A stretch of DNA of 64,000 nt from Myxococcota bacterium (GCA_039028615.1 JBCCHT010000003.1:128001-192000); one strand, 5' to 3'. Shown: positions 19,968 through 29,565, counted from the first letter of the stretch. Program-made: numbers and translations. Notes: generated by a model from the sequence alone, not told the origin.

Positions 19968-22019
19968 TCACCAACCCAGGGCTCGGAGGCCGCCGTTGTC
20001 TTCGAGATGCACGCGTCGCACCTCCTTGAGGTGGCGGCCGCACATGTTGGGGCCGATCTGGCCGCTCGTGCCGGGCGTGGGTTGCCGGGCGGCGTTGAGC
20101 ATCCAGACGTTGCTGTAGTTGAGGTGGCAGGTCTGCTGGCGCGGTGTTCGGTAGTCGAAGTAGCCGCACTTGTGCGGCATGCCGAACGCGTGCACGAACT
20201 CGTGGGCGAGGGTCTGCACGACCTTGGCGGTGTAGGAGCCGTGCGGGAGCCCGGTGGTTCGGTTCCGATAGGCGCCGTGGTGGGTGAACACGATGGTGCG
20301 CCCCGCGAAGAACCGACCCGCGGCGGTGTTCTCCGTGGGGCTGATGCCCGACGTGTAGAAATCGCCCGGCTCGGTGATCGTCGCGTGCACCGTGTTGGGC
20401 ATGCCGTAGCCGGGCGCGGTGAAGTTCGTGCCGTCGTAGCGACCTCGGGGATAGAAGTACAGCCGCGTGGCGTAGGCGTGGGCCAGCGAGCCATCGCCCG
20501 CCGTGAAATCGGGCTGGATGTCGTGGGGCTGGATGCGGATGCGGGTCTTGGGCGTGCCCGAGTCGTCGAAGGGCACGGCCGAGCGCACGCCGAACCCGAC
20601 GGTGGTGGTCCCGAAGCGCAGCCGCATGTAGTCGGCCGTGGGGTGGGTGCCGGGGATGTCGAAGTACTCGTAGTTGTTCACCCGCTGGAGGGTCACGTTG
20701 CCGGCGTAGAGCTGATTGCCGCCTCCGCCCGGCGGCAGCGGGTAGGGCATCATCGCGGCTAGGAGCAAGAACCAACCCGCGTCGTTGGCGTGGGTGAAGT
20801 TGGCGTTGAGGTAGGCCCCGGCCTGCGTCGACAGGCCGTTGTCCGAGGTGGCCAGCGGGTCTTGATCGGCCAGATCGGCTTCTTGGTGGAAGTTCAGCTC
20901 GGCGCGGGCCTGCTCGAAGTAGGGCGGGATGTCGGCCACGGGGATGTCGAGCGCGCTGGCCATCTTGCGGTACTCGACGTCGATGCGGTGGAACATCGTG
21001 ATGATGCCCGTCTGCGCGTCGAAGACCTCGACCCCGGCGGCCGGCTCGATGGTGGCCCGAACCACGAGGTTGTCGCCCGCGACGTTGGGGCAGTGAATGA
21101 CGACCTTGCTCTGGTCGTTGGTGATCTCCGTCTCGGCCTCGGTATCGGAGATCACGGTGAGCGTGTGGCCGCCCGCCTCCTCCCAGCGCGGGTTTTGATC
21201 GGGAGTGCCCTCGTTGTCGTTGGGATTGGCCCCGCCCGGAGCCGCCCCCGGGTAGTCGTTGCCATCGATATAGGGCGCCCATTGGCGGTGGACCTCCGGG
21301 TCGTTGTCGAACTGATCGTCCGGGTCGAGCAGGGTCCAGCGGATCTTGGTGTCGGGGGGCAAGGCGCCGCGGCGCGGCACGACGTCGACCGTGACCTCGA
21401 TGCACTGCACGTCGCGCTGGTAGTTGCCCGCCAGGTCCATGTTGAGGAACGCCCGCCCCAGGTGGTCTTCGCTGCGATAGCCCGGGCATGGCTCGCTGCG
21501 CTTGGGGTTGGTGACGCCGGGGGGTACAAAGCCGGGCTGGTAGAGGCCGCGGATCTCGGAGAATTCCAGCACCACGGCCGGGCGCGCGCGCAGGGTGGCC
21601 TGGGCTCGTTGTCCCGCGCGATTGGCCGGCACGCGGGCGCCTGCCCGAGCGGGGGGCACACGCCGGGTGATGACCTGGAACTCGACCTGCGTGTTGGTGC
21701 CTTCGGTGCGGGTGCCCTGCAGCCAGGGGGGGTCGACGGTGGTCTCGATGCGCGTCAGCGGCACGGGGGCATCGTCGCCGCGGTCGTCCCACAGCTGGAT
21801 CACCACGGGAATCGCTTCGGTGGCCTCGGCCTCGACGTCGACGGTCCACGGCTCGCTCTGCCCGGTGAGGTCGAAGTCACCCGCGGCGGTGATCAGGCTG
21901 CTGCGGCCGAGCGCTCGCGTGCCGACCTGCCCCAGGGCGTAGACCTGCTGGGTGCCTGCCAGCAGGGCGGCCGGGATGCCGACCAGCTTCGTGATGTTGA
22001 TGGTGACTAGCGATTCCAT
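19968..22019 (-). CDS. Putative metzincin-type zinc metalloprotease with N-terminal C2-like domain
   Basis: LAHEFVHAFGMPH = HEXXHXXGXXH, followed by CHLNY and MCGRHL; no signal peptide. Confidence 0.75.
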   Translation of the reverse strand: MESLVTINITKLVGIPAALLAGTQQVYALGQVGTRALGRSSLITAAGDFDLTGQSEPWTVDVEAEATEAIPVVIQLWDDRGDDAPVPLTRIETTVDPPWLQGTRTEGTNTQVEFQVITRRVPPARAGARVPANRAGQRAQATLRARPAVVLEFSEIRGLYQPGFVPPGVTNPKRSEPCPGYRSEDHLGRAFLNMDLAGNYQRDVQCIEVTVDVVPRRGALPPDTKIRWTLLDPDDQFDNDPEVHRQWAPYIDGNDYPGAAPGGANPNDNEGTPDQNPRWEEAGGHTLTVISDTEAETEITNDQSKVVIHCPNVAGDNLVVRATIEPAAGVEVFDAQTGIITMFHRIDVEYRKMASALDIPVADIPPYFEQARAELNFHQEADLADQDPLATSDNGLSTQAGAYLNANFTHANDAGWFLLLAAMMPYPLPPGGGGNQLYAGNVTLQRVNNYEYFDIPGTHPTADYMRLRFGTTTVGFGVRSAVPFDDSGTPKTRIRIQPHDIQPDFTAGDGSLAHAYATRLYFYPRGRYDGTNFTAPGYGMPNTVHATITEPGDFYTSGISPTENTAAGRFFAGRTIVFTHHGAYRNRTTGLPHGSYTAKVVQTLAHEFVHAFGMPHKCGYFDYRTPRQQTCHLNYSNVWMLNAARQPTPGTSGQIGPNMCGRHLKEVRRVHLEDNGGLRALGW

Positions 22020-22034
22020 GGGCGTGATTCGGGC

Positions 22035-23936
22035 CTAGGGAGCGTCGTGGGCGGCGGCCAGGGCGTTCTGCGTATCTTCGTCGTAGTCGCCCGTGGGATC
22101 GAAGCCCTCGAGCGACTGGAAGCGGGCTACGGCCTCGCGGGTGAGCTCGTCTTCTTCGTCGGCGGGCGCTCGGAAGTCGATGGCCAGGTTGCGCAGGCGC
22201 TCGCGCGCACCCACGAAGGTCTCGATCTCACCCAGCGGCCCGAGGCTGATGTCCCAGGCGAACACGCCCTGGGTCTCGGTGTCCTGCACGTGCAGGTCGG
22301 CCGCACCATCGCCCAGCGGCACGTCGTGCTCGATGGTGGAATTCGCGTCGAGGTCGCCGCGGAACACCAGCCCGCCCGCGCGCAGCTGGTACTCGAAGGG
22401 GTTGTCGATCTCCATGTCGATGATGACGTGGACCTTGCGGCTCTCGAAGCGACGGACTTCCTTGGCCCGGGCCCGCCACTCGGGGTACTCGGCCGAGCCT
22501 CGCGCCGAGATGTCACCGCCGGGGGCAGGGAGGATGCCCGTGCGCCCGTCGAAGAAGAACAGCTCGACGCGTCGATCGCCCTGGTCGTGCTGACCGTCGG
22601 CCGCGTCTTCGTCGATCTCTTCGCCGCTGCGGTCGAGCGGGAAGTACTCGCCACAGCCGTGCGTGGTGAGCTCGACGTCCTCGGGCAGCGTGGTCTCGTC
22701 GTGGTTCATGTAGTCGCCCACCAGCTGGGCGCGGGTGAGCGGACCGATCGAGCCGTCGTCGTCGAGCTGCTCCCAGTTGGCCGCCCGGGCGTCGGCGGCC
22801 AGGGCGTTGTGCCACTGCTGGTAGGAGCGGGTGTGGTTGGCCCCGAGCACCAAGCCGCGCGAGGCGGCCAGCGACTCGATCATCAGGCCGTCTTCGTTGC
22901 GCCCCCAGCGTTTTTCGTAGGAGACGCCGGAGTCGTACCACTCCATCCACGCGTCGATGTCGTCCTTGAGGTAGGCCGCCATCGCGTCGGCACGCTCGAG
23001 GGAGAGCGTCTCGTTGTACTCGTCGTCGCCGCTGGTGTCGGTGTGGCCGACGAGCAGGAGATCGGCCCCGGGGTGCTCGTCGTACCAGGCCGTCATCGCG
23101 GTGAGGCTGGGCATGGCGGTGGGCAGCACGAAGCACTTGTTGGTCTCGAAGAATAGCCCCACCAGCTCGGCCAGGCGCACGTAGGGCTGGATGCTGACCC
23201 GCTCGGTCTCGTTGTGCGAGACCCGAAACTGCCGCCCGATGAGGCGCTGGTCGTCGGCCGGGTCGGTCTCGAGGAACACGACGGTGACGTCTTGCCCTTC
23301 GATGAGCACGTCGGCCTCGCGATCGGTCACGCGCGGGGCGTTAGTCCATAGGTCGACGGCCGACTCGCGGATCGAGTTGACGCCGTCCTGGTCGGCGAGG
23401 CGGACCCACGCGGTCGTGGTCCCGCCCCGGATGTCGAGCACCGCCAGGCCATTGCCGTCGGTGGTGACGCGCTCGGTCTGCCCCTCGTAGTTGAACAGGA
23501 CGTCGAAGGCCTGGCCGGTGAGGGGGTCACCGAATTCGTCGGTGAACTGGATCTCGAAGTGCAGGTCCTGGAGGTCTTCGGCCGGGGTCGGCTCGGGTTC
23601 CGGGGCCAGCTCGCTGAGGTCGACCGCGGGCGGGGGGCTGAACACGGTGCCGCTGAGGCGCGGCTGGGCCCGCAGCACGAAGCCCCGCTGCGACAGCCGC
23701 TGCCACAGCTCTTCGGTGTCGCGGGCGGAGAGGGGAGGCGTGAGGTCGGCGGGCAGCGTGCCCGGGCACTCGGCTCGAATCCGCCGCACGAAGGCCGGAT
23801 CGGCGAAGGCCTCGGCGAGGATGGAGTGCAGCAGCCCGTGCTCGACCCTGGTGTAGCCCGGCGCGCTGGCTTCCTCGGGCGATGAGACCAGGACGTAGCG
23901 GAGTCCGTCCCACCCCACGAATTGGAACTGAGCCAT
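22035..23936 (-). CDS. OmpA-C-like domain protein with peptidoglycan-binding domains
   Basis: LLVGHTDTSG..EYNETLSLERA, GCGE..P, DRRVELF; DGSIGPLT and TREAVARFQ...PTG.YD..T PG-binding motifs. Confidence 0.82.
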   Translation of the reverse strand: MAQFQFVGWDGLRYVLVSSPEEASAPGYTRVEHGLLHSILAEAFADPAFVRRIRAECPGTLPADLTPPLSARDTEELWQRLSQRGFVLRAQPRLSGTVFSPPPAVDLSELAPEPEPTPAEDLQDLHFEIQFTDEFGDPLTGQAFDVLFNYEGQTERVTTDGNGLAVLDIRGGTTTAWVRLADQDGVNSIRESAVDLWTNAPRVTDREADVLIEGQDVTVVFLETDPADDQRLIGRQFRVSHNETERVSIQPYVRLAELVGLFFETNKCFVLPTAMPSLTAMTAWYDEHPGADLLLVGHTDTSGDDEYNETLSLERADAMAAYLKDDIDAWMEWYDSGVSYEKRWGRNEDGLMIESLAASRGLVLGANHTRSYQQWHNALAADARAANWEQLDDDGSIGPLTRAQLVGDYMNHDETTLPEDVELTTHGCGEYFPLDRSGEEIDEDAADGQHDQGDRRVELFFFDGRTGILPAPGGDISARGSAEYPEWRARAKEVRRFESRKVHVIIDMEIDNPFEYQLRAGGLVFRGDLDANSTIEHDVPLGDGAADLHVQDTETQGVFAWDISLGPLGEIETFVGARERLRNLAIDFRAPADEEDELTREAVARFQSLEGFDPTGDYDEDTQNALAAAHDAP

Positions 23937-24093
23937 GACCGACCCAGCGTACCGTGTGGGTGGGGCGGGGCAACGGGTTTGTCGACGTGCGCGGATCGTG
24001 AAGCGCCGAGTGATGGGCGTTAGCGAGCAGGACCATCGTTCCCGGGCCGCGGTGCCCGTTCGTCATGCGGCTGAGTGGCCGGTGTGTGCCCCG

Positions 24094-25200
24094 TTAGAAC
24101 CACCGCGCCTTGGCGGTCTCGGCCGCCGTCGTGCAGCCTCGTTGCAAGGCCTGCTCTTGGACCCTGAAAAACTCCTCGGTGCTATCGGGCCCCTTCACCA
24201 AGACTTCGAGCGTCTCGGCGTAGCGAGCCTGGAGCAGCTCGGCGTGGGGCGTGCCTGCGTACACGTCGGCGATGCAGCCCACCGCGCGGGCGTAGACGCC
24301 ATTGCGTACGCGGTACATGGACCAGCCGATGATCTCGACCAGCTCGAAGCGCATCTCGTCCTTCGGGTCTTCGGGAAATTCGATGGTCTGACCGGCGATG
24401 GGCAGGTATGCGCGAGGTGGTCGACCGGCGGAGGACGCGGGTATCTCGGCGTCGAGAATGTCGAAGGCGGCGGCAAACGACTCGCGATACAGAAGGCCCG
24501 CCGCGCGCCAGATCTTGGTCTCGCGGTGCAGCGCCGGGTCGTCGAGGGCCGCGGCGATCTGCACCGCTTCGTCGGCGAGCGGGAGAATCTCGCTCCACGT
24601 ATGGGCGTTGTGCAGCAAGCCACACGCGACCATCAAGGCCCCGGCCAGCTCGGGGCTGCCGGGGGCGTACATGCGAGCGTGGTCGATGAGCTGGCGGGCG
24701 GCGACGAGGTCGTGGCGCTCGTACTTGAGGATGAAGAGGCGACCGGCGATGACCCCGGGGGCACCCACGGGCGCGTCGAAGAGGCCGCGGTCCAGCCACG
24801 CGATGAAGGGCTCCCACCGGGCTTTGCTCTCGTCCCAGCCCTCATTCGAACCGTAGGTGGACAGGCGCCACTGTTCGAGGTCGGGCTGGAGCTCGTACAG
24901 GCGCCCGATGACGCCGGCTGGCGCACCCGCATCAGTGGGGAGGTTCTGGACGTAGGCATCCCAGGCCGGAATGTCGCCGCTCAGCATGGCGGGCAGCGGA
25001 CCGGCGAGTTCGGGCGGGGGCGGCGGGACCTCGACCGGGGGAGGAGGCTCGGCCGGGGGAGGAGGTTCTGCCGCCGGAGCGGGCTCGGTCGCCGCGACGG
25101 GCTCGACCGCGGGCGGTGCTTCGGGGGCCGGCTCCGCTGGTGACTTCGTCGCGCAGGCCGTGGCGAGCAGAGCGACGAGTGCGGTCGTATGACGAGTCAT
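24094..25200 (-). CDS. Hypothetical helical lipoprotein
   Basis: MTRHTTALVALLATAC lipobox; Pro/Glu/Ala linker. Confidence 0.7.
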   Translation of the reverse strand: MTRHTTALVALLATACATKSPAEPAPEAPPAVEPVAATEPAPAAEPPPPAEPPPPVEVPPPPPELAGPLPAMLSGDIPAWDAYVQNLPTDAGAPAGVIGRLYELQPDLEQWRLSTYGSNEGWDESKARWEPFIAWLDRGLFDAPVGAPGVIAGRLFILKYERHDLVAARQLIDHARMYAPGSPELAGALMVACGLLHNAHTWSEILPLADEAVQIAAALDDPALHRETKIWRAAGLLYRESFAAAFDILDAEIPASSAGRPPRAYLPIAGQTIEFPEDPKDEMRFELVEIIGWSMYRVRNGVYARAVGCIADVYAGTPHAELLQARYAETLEVLVKGPDSTEEFFRVQEQALQRGCTTAAETAKARWF

Positions 25201-25270
25201 GGTCAATCCAGACTTCGAGTTTTGACCGACAATCTCGACGATCGCAACTCGGCTTGTCGGCCGGGCGACG

Positions 25271-25768
25271 CTAGCCCTGCTCGACGAACGATGTCGCGGC
25301 ATCGAAGAGTCCGTCGTCCAGATCGCCTTGCAGGGCTTCGGTGCGCTCGCCGATGAGCCGCACCAGCTCCGTACGGGCATGCGGATGGCTGACCCAAAAC
25401 GAGCGACGCCCGATCACCAAGCGCAACAGCCCCGTCCCGAAGCTGGCCCCGATGTCGGCCCGCAGCGTCTCCAGGATGACCGGCCATAGCCAGTGCAGCT
25501 CGGAGCCCTGGGTGATCAACATCTCTAGCTCTCGCACGTCCAGCTGACCGATGGGCTTGGACGTCGCCGTTTGATGGCGGCCGATGAGTCCGCCTCCGCC
25601 GTCGCTCGGCTGCGTCGGCGTCCAGCCCTCGAGCTCGGCCAGGCTCCGCGCCAGGTCCACGTGGTAGGGCCGCGCGTAGACCTTGGGCTTTTTTTCTCGC
25701 CCGCTGGGCTTCTTGCCGCGGCGCGTTCGCTCGCCCTCGATCCGCTTCGACTTGCTACGTCTCGCCAT
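25271..25768 (-). CDS. CdiI-like (contact-dependent inhibition) immunity protein, orphan
   Basis: SLAELEG..W and KPIGQLDVRELEMLITQ...L..L...ILETLRAD resemble the CdiI_3-type pattern KPL..F..EDLR..I.Q..GL..L.P.A...L..D. Confidence 0.6.
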   Translation of the reverse strand: MARRSKSKRIEGERTRRGKKPSGREKKPKVYARPYHVDLARSLAELEGWTPTQPSDGGGGLIGRHQTATSKPIGQLDVRELEMLITQGSELHWLWPVILETLRADIGASFGTGLLRLVIGRRSFWVSHPHARTELVRLIGERTEALQGDLDDGLFDAATSFVEQG

Positions 25769-25776
25769 GGGGACCC

Positions 25777-26721
25777 TCAGCCGTCGACCACCCTGGTGGC
25801 CAGAGCCGTGAGCCCCTGGCGGAGCGCCTCGCTCTCCGCTTCGGTCAGCATCGCCATGCGCCGCCCGAAGATCGACTCGAGGTCCACCCAGACGTCGAGG
25901 ACGATCTCGTCGAGCACGGCCTCGACCTCTTCGCCGACCTTCGAGCGTGCGCTGGCCGCCCGCATGGGGTTGACCATCGCCTTGGCCCACTCCAGCAGGC
26001 CATCGACGGGAAGGTGGGCGTCGGCATCGAAAGGGCGGCTCTCGTCGAAGCGGCAGTCGTCGAAGTCGGGGATCTTGAACTTCACCACCGGCCGTCCCGA
26101 CGCGGGCAGCTCGACGTCCGGCTTGAGCACGAAGCCCTCCGCCACGTTGCCCGCGAGCTTCGGCAGGCCCAGTCTCGCGGCGACCTTGCTGTCGTAGCGG
26201 ACGGGCAGGCGCTGCAGCTCTTGTCGGGTGCCCACGCCGAGCCGCGGGGGCGTCATCAACCCGACCTCTTCCGCGAGCGCTTCCAGCTGTCGATGGGCCA
26301 TGAACACGGCGTCGCCATCGTTCACCCGCAGGATGTCGAAGACCGCGTAGCGCAGGTCGGGCGCGTACCAGATCCCCGTCTGCACTGCGCCGATGCCCGG
26401 CAGCGCGGGCACGTCGTCGTGCGGATAGCGGCCGCCAAAGAGCTCGCCGTACAGGAACACGGGGCCCGTGGCGCCGAGCGTCCGATGCACATGCTGCACG
26501 CGGGCGCTCAGCTCGTTGCGCAGCATCTGCCAGCCGAAGAACGCCTCGTCCTCCTGAAGCCAGGCCTTGCGCTTGCCGATCTGCACGACCTGCCCATCGG
26601 TCGCCACCACCAGCTGCGCCCCGTGGATCTTCTCGGTCGCGACCCAACGCCCGCCCATGACCGCGTCGTCGGCCAGCGCGGTCGGGATCTTCGGGAAGGG
26701 GCGATGCTCCATGCCCGGCAT
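25777..26721 (-). CDS. RNA ligase, Rnl2 family
   Basis: Nucleotidyltransferase motifs WVATEKIHG (I), YGELFGG (III), VFDI (IIIa), AEGFVLK (IV), VKFK (V); VQTGIWY.P as in Rnl2. Confidence 0.85.
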   Translation of the reverse strand: MPGMEHRPFPKIPTALADDAVMGGRWVATEKIHGAQLVVATDGQVVQIGKRKAWLQEDEAFFGWQMLRNELSARVQHVHRTLGATGPVFLYGELFGGRYPHDDVPALPGIGAVQTGIWYAPDLRYAVFDILRVNDGDAVFMAHRQLEALAEEVGLMTPPRLGVGTRQELQRLPVRYDSKVAARLGLPKLAGNVAEGFVLKPDVELPASGRPVVKFKIPDFDDCRFDESRPFDADAHLPVDGLLEWAKAMVNPMRAASARSKVGEEVEAVLDEIVLDVWVDLESIFGRRMAMLTEAESEALRQGLTALATRVVDG

Positions 26722-27402
26722 TTACCCCGGGTCGGGCACCGGATGCACGCGCAGCATGCCCCGGATGGTCGCGGCGAGCGTGTCGATGAGCTCCGCCTCG
26801 AAGTCCACCCGCAGCGGGGCCATCTCGGGTCGCGTGAGCACCTCCGCCACGACCGGCGCGGGGTCGGCCATCTGCCGCAGGCCCACGACCAGCGCGTGCA
26901 GCCGCAGCAGCACCTTTGCTCCGCTGCCGGGCGGGAGCCCGGGAATCGCCTGCTCGACGCCCAGCGCCCCTTGGCCCATCTTCTCGAGCAGCATGCGCTT
27001 GAAGGAGACGGCGGTGTCCTCGTCGATGTTCTGCTCGAGCACGGTGTGCAGCAGCGGCAGCAGCACGGTGAGCGTGCCTCGCTGCACCAGGTTTTGCGTC
27101 ACGGCGGTGGCGAAGCGTTGCGGGGCATCGCCATCGGTATCCGCCGGGAGCTGCTCGAGCGCCTCGGTCACCGAGTCGAGCCACAGCGCCAGTTCGTCCT
27201 CGAGCGCGGCGAGGAACAGCTCTTCCTTGCTGCGGAAGTACAGGTACAGCGTGCCCTTGGCCAGGTTGCAGCGCCGGGCCACCTCGGCCATGGTGATCCG
27301 CTGGTACGGCTGACGCGCCAAGAGCCGGGCCGCCACCGCCAAGATGGCGCGGCGGCGGGCAGCCTTGTCCTCGTCCTTGCGAGCCCGTTGTTTTACGGCC
27401 AT
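26722..27402 (-). CDS. TetR family transcriptional regulator
   Basis: ITMAEVARRCNLAKGTLYLYFRSKEELFL. Confidence 0.92.
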   Translation of the reverse strand: MAVKQRARKDEDKAARRRAILAVAARLLARQPYQRITMAEVARRCNLAKGTLYLYFRSKEELFLAALEDELALWLDSVTEALEQLPADTDGDAPQRFATAVTQNLVQRGTLTVLLPLLHTVLEQNIDEDTAVSFKRMLLEKMGQGALGVEQAIPGLPPGSGAKVLLRLHALVVGLRQMADPAPVVAEVLTRPEMAPLRVDFEAELIDTLAATIRGMLRVHPVPDPG

Positions 27403-27415
27403 GGGCGAGCGGGGA

Positions 27416-28858
27416 CTACCCGATGAGCTTGCGCAGCAGGCCCATCTTGCCTTCGTAGGGCGGGTACTTGACCGAGGGATCGAGGAAGTTGGCGGTCTTC
27501 ATGATGCCCTTTCGGTGCGAGAACACCTCGAAGGAGTGATGACCGTGGTAGGCCCCCATGCCGCTCTCCCCGATGCCGCCGAAGGGCAGGTCGGGGTCGC
27601 CCAGGTGGACGATGGCGTTGTTGATGCAGCCGCCGCCGAAGGAGATGCGCTCGACCACCTTGCGCTCGTCGTCGCGGTTGGTGGTGAACAGGTACAGCGC
27701 GAGCGGGTTGGGCCGCTGCCGCACCGTCTCGATCGCCTCGTCGAGCGAGTCGATGCGCAGGATGGGGAGGACGGGTCCGAAGATCTCGTCCGCCATCACC
27801 GGGTGATCCATGGTGATGTCGGTGAGCATGGTGGGCTCGATGTAGAGGTCGTCGACATCGTGGTGCCCGCCGTGGGCGAGCTTGTCTTCGTCGATGAGCC
27901 GCGTGAGCCGCTGGTGGTGCCGCGTGTTGATGATGCGACCGTAGTCGGGGCTCTGCTGCGGGTCTTCGCCGTAGAACTTGGGGATGGTCGCCTTGAGCCG
28001 GGAGACCAGGCCGTCGTGCACCGAGCTATCGACCAGGACGTAGTCGGGCGCGACGCAGGTCTGCCCGGTGTTGGTCCACTTGCCCCACGTGATGCGCCGC
28101 GCGGCGACGTCGAGGTCGGCCGAGGCGGTGACGATGGTGGGGCTCTTGCCGCCGAGCTCGAGGGTGACTCGCGACAGGTGCTCGGCGCCGGCCTTGGCCA
28201 CGATGCGCCCGATGTTGGTGCCCCCGGTAAAAAAGATGTGATCCCAGCGGCGCTGGAGCAGCGCTTGCGACGTCTCGATGCCGCCTTCGATGAGTGCGAC
28301 GAGTTCTTCGGGGAATGCCTCGCGCACGATCTCGGCGGACACGGCGGACGATGCGGGGGCCAATTCAGAAGGCTTGATTAGGGACACATTGCCCGCGGCA
28401 AGTGCCCCAATTAGGGGCGCAAACAGCAGTTGCACCGGGTAGTTCCACGGGCCGATGATCAGGTTCATGCCCAGCGGCTGATAGTGGATGTAGCTTCGCG
28501 AAGGCGCGACGGCGATGGGCGAGAAGCTCGCATCGGGCTTCATCCACTTCCCGATGTTGCGCAAGGCATGCTTCACCTCAGCCGTTACGTAGCCGACTTC
28601 GGTGACATAGGCTTCGGCCGTGCCTTTGTGCAGATCGGCATGTAGCGCATCGAGGATGAGCTTTTCCTTCGTTTGGAACGCATGAAGAAGCGCTCGCAAC
28701 GACTCTTCACGCGAGCTGCGTGAGAGGGTCTTTCCCGCCTCGAAGTGTTTCTTTTGCGCTTGGTACAGTTCGTCGACTCGGTCGGTGAGAGCCTGACCGT
28801 GAAGCTCGGGGGGACCCGCGGGAGTGGTGACCTTGGAAGCCGGAGCGGAACCGTCCAT
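27416..28858 (-). CDS. Aldehyde dehydrogenase (ALDH3/fatty aldehyde type)
   Basis: PWNYP, KPSE, FFTGG, LELGGKSP, GQTCVAPDY, EIFGP, PFGGIGESGMG. Confidence 0.94.
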   Translation of the reverse strand: MDGSAPASKVTTPAGPPELHGQALTDRVDELYQAQKKHFEAGKTLSRSSREESLRALLHAFQTKEKLILDALHADLHKGTAEAYVTEVGYVTAEVKHALRNIGKWMKPDASFSPIAVAPSRSYIHYQPLGMNLIIGPWNYPVQLLFAPLIGALAAGNVSLIKPSELAPASSAVSAEIVREAFPEELVALIEGGIETSQALLQRRWDHIFFTGGTNIGRIVAKAGAEHLSRVTLELGGKSPTIVTASADLDVAARRITWGKWTNTGQTCVAPDYVLVDSSVHDGLVSRLKATIPKFYGEDPQQSPDYGRIINTRHHQRLTRLIDEDKLAHGGHHDVDDLYIEPTMLTDITMDHPVMADEIFGPVLPILRIDSLDEAIETVRQRPNPLALYLFTTNRDDERKVVERISFGGGCINNAIVHLGDPDLPFGGIGESGMGAYHGHHSFEVFSHRKGIMKTANFLDPSVKYPPYEGKMGLLRKLIG

Positions 28859-28868
28859 GATGTAGGGG

Positions 28869-28897
28869 AATGTAAATGACCAAGGGTCACCTGTCAA
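28869..28897 (-). promoter_or_regulatory. Sigma70 promoter with TetR-type operator in the spacer
   Basis: Minus strand TTGACA (28897-28892)-N17-TACATT (28874-28869); palindrome TGACC-AAG-GGTCA at 28877-28889. Confidence 0.75.
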
Positions 28898-28913
28898 TGC
28901 GGTTGGACCCTGC

Positions 28914-29549
28914 GTGGCTTCACATGAGACTCTCGAAGACATCGTGAAAAGCGCACCGCGCCGGCACGATCCCGAGGGTTCGAGGGCCGCAATCCTTGAT
29001 TCGGCCGAGCGTCTGTTCCTGGCGCGTGGCTTTGCCGGCACCTCGATGAGCGAGATTGCGAAGGCGTCGGGCGTCACCAAGAGCCTGATCCACCATCACT
29101 TCGGCTCGAAGCAGGCCTTGTGGCGCGAGATCAAGCGCCGCCGTTTTGCCGGCTATTTCAAGCAGCAGATGGCGCTATTCGATCGCGGTGGTCCCAGCGC
29201 CGAGCTGCTGCGCGAGTCGATGCAGGTCTACTTCCAGTTCCTGCGCGACAACCCGGACACCGTGCGGCTGATGTCGTGGTTGCAGCTCGAGGGCGATCGC
29301 GATCTCACGGAGATGGTTCAAGAACTCCGTGATGCGGGCATCGAGCATGTGCGGGTAGCCCAGGAGATCGGCGTGCTCCGCAAGGACGTACCGGCGCCCT
29401 TCGTGTTGATGACCTTCCTCGGGCTCATCAACGCATGGTTCGCCGACCCGTCTCACGACCACGAGCCCGAGACGGCCGCCGAGTATCTCGACACCGCCTG
29501 GGCCCTGTTTTCTTCGGGCGTGCTGCGGACTCGAACTCAGTCGGCCTGA
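28914..29549 (+). CDS. TetR family transcriptional regulator (divergent)
   Basis: GFAGTSMSEIAKASGVTKSLIHHHFGSK. Confidence 0.9.
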   Translation: MASHETLEDIVKSAPRRHDPEGSRAAILDSAERLFLARGFAGTSMSEIAKASGVTKSLIHHHFGSKQALWREIKRRRFAGYFKQQMALFDRGGPSAELLRESMQVYFQFLRDNPDTVRLMSWLQLEGDRDLTEMVQELRDAGIEHVRVAQEIGVLRKDVPAPFVLMTFLGLINAWFADPSHDHEPETAAEYLDTAWALFSSGVLRTRTQSA

Positions 29550-29565
29550 GTCCACCGCCAGGTCA

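Noticed and set aside
25271..27184. 637-aa ORF spanning TetR and RNA ligase
   Set aside because: Arg/Ala-rich off-frame read; only the part from ATG 25768 looks coding
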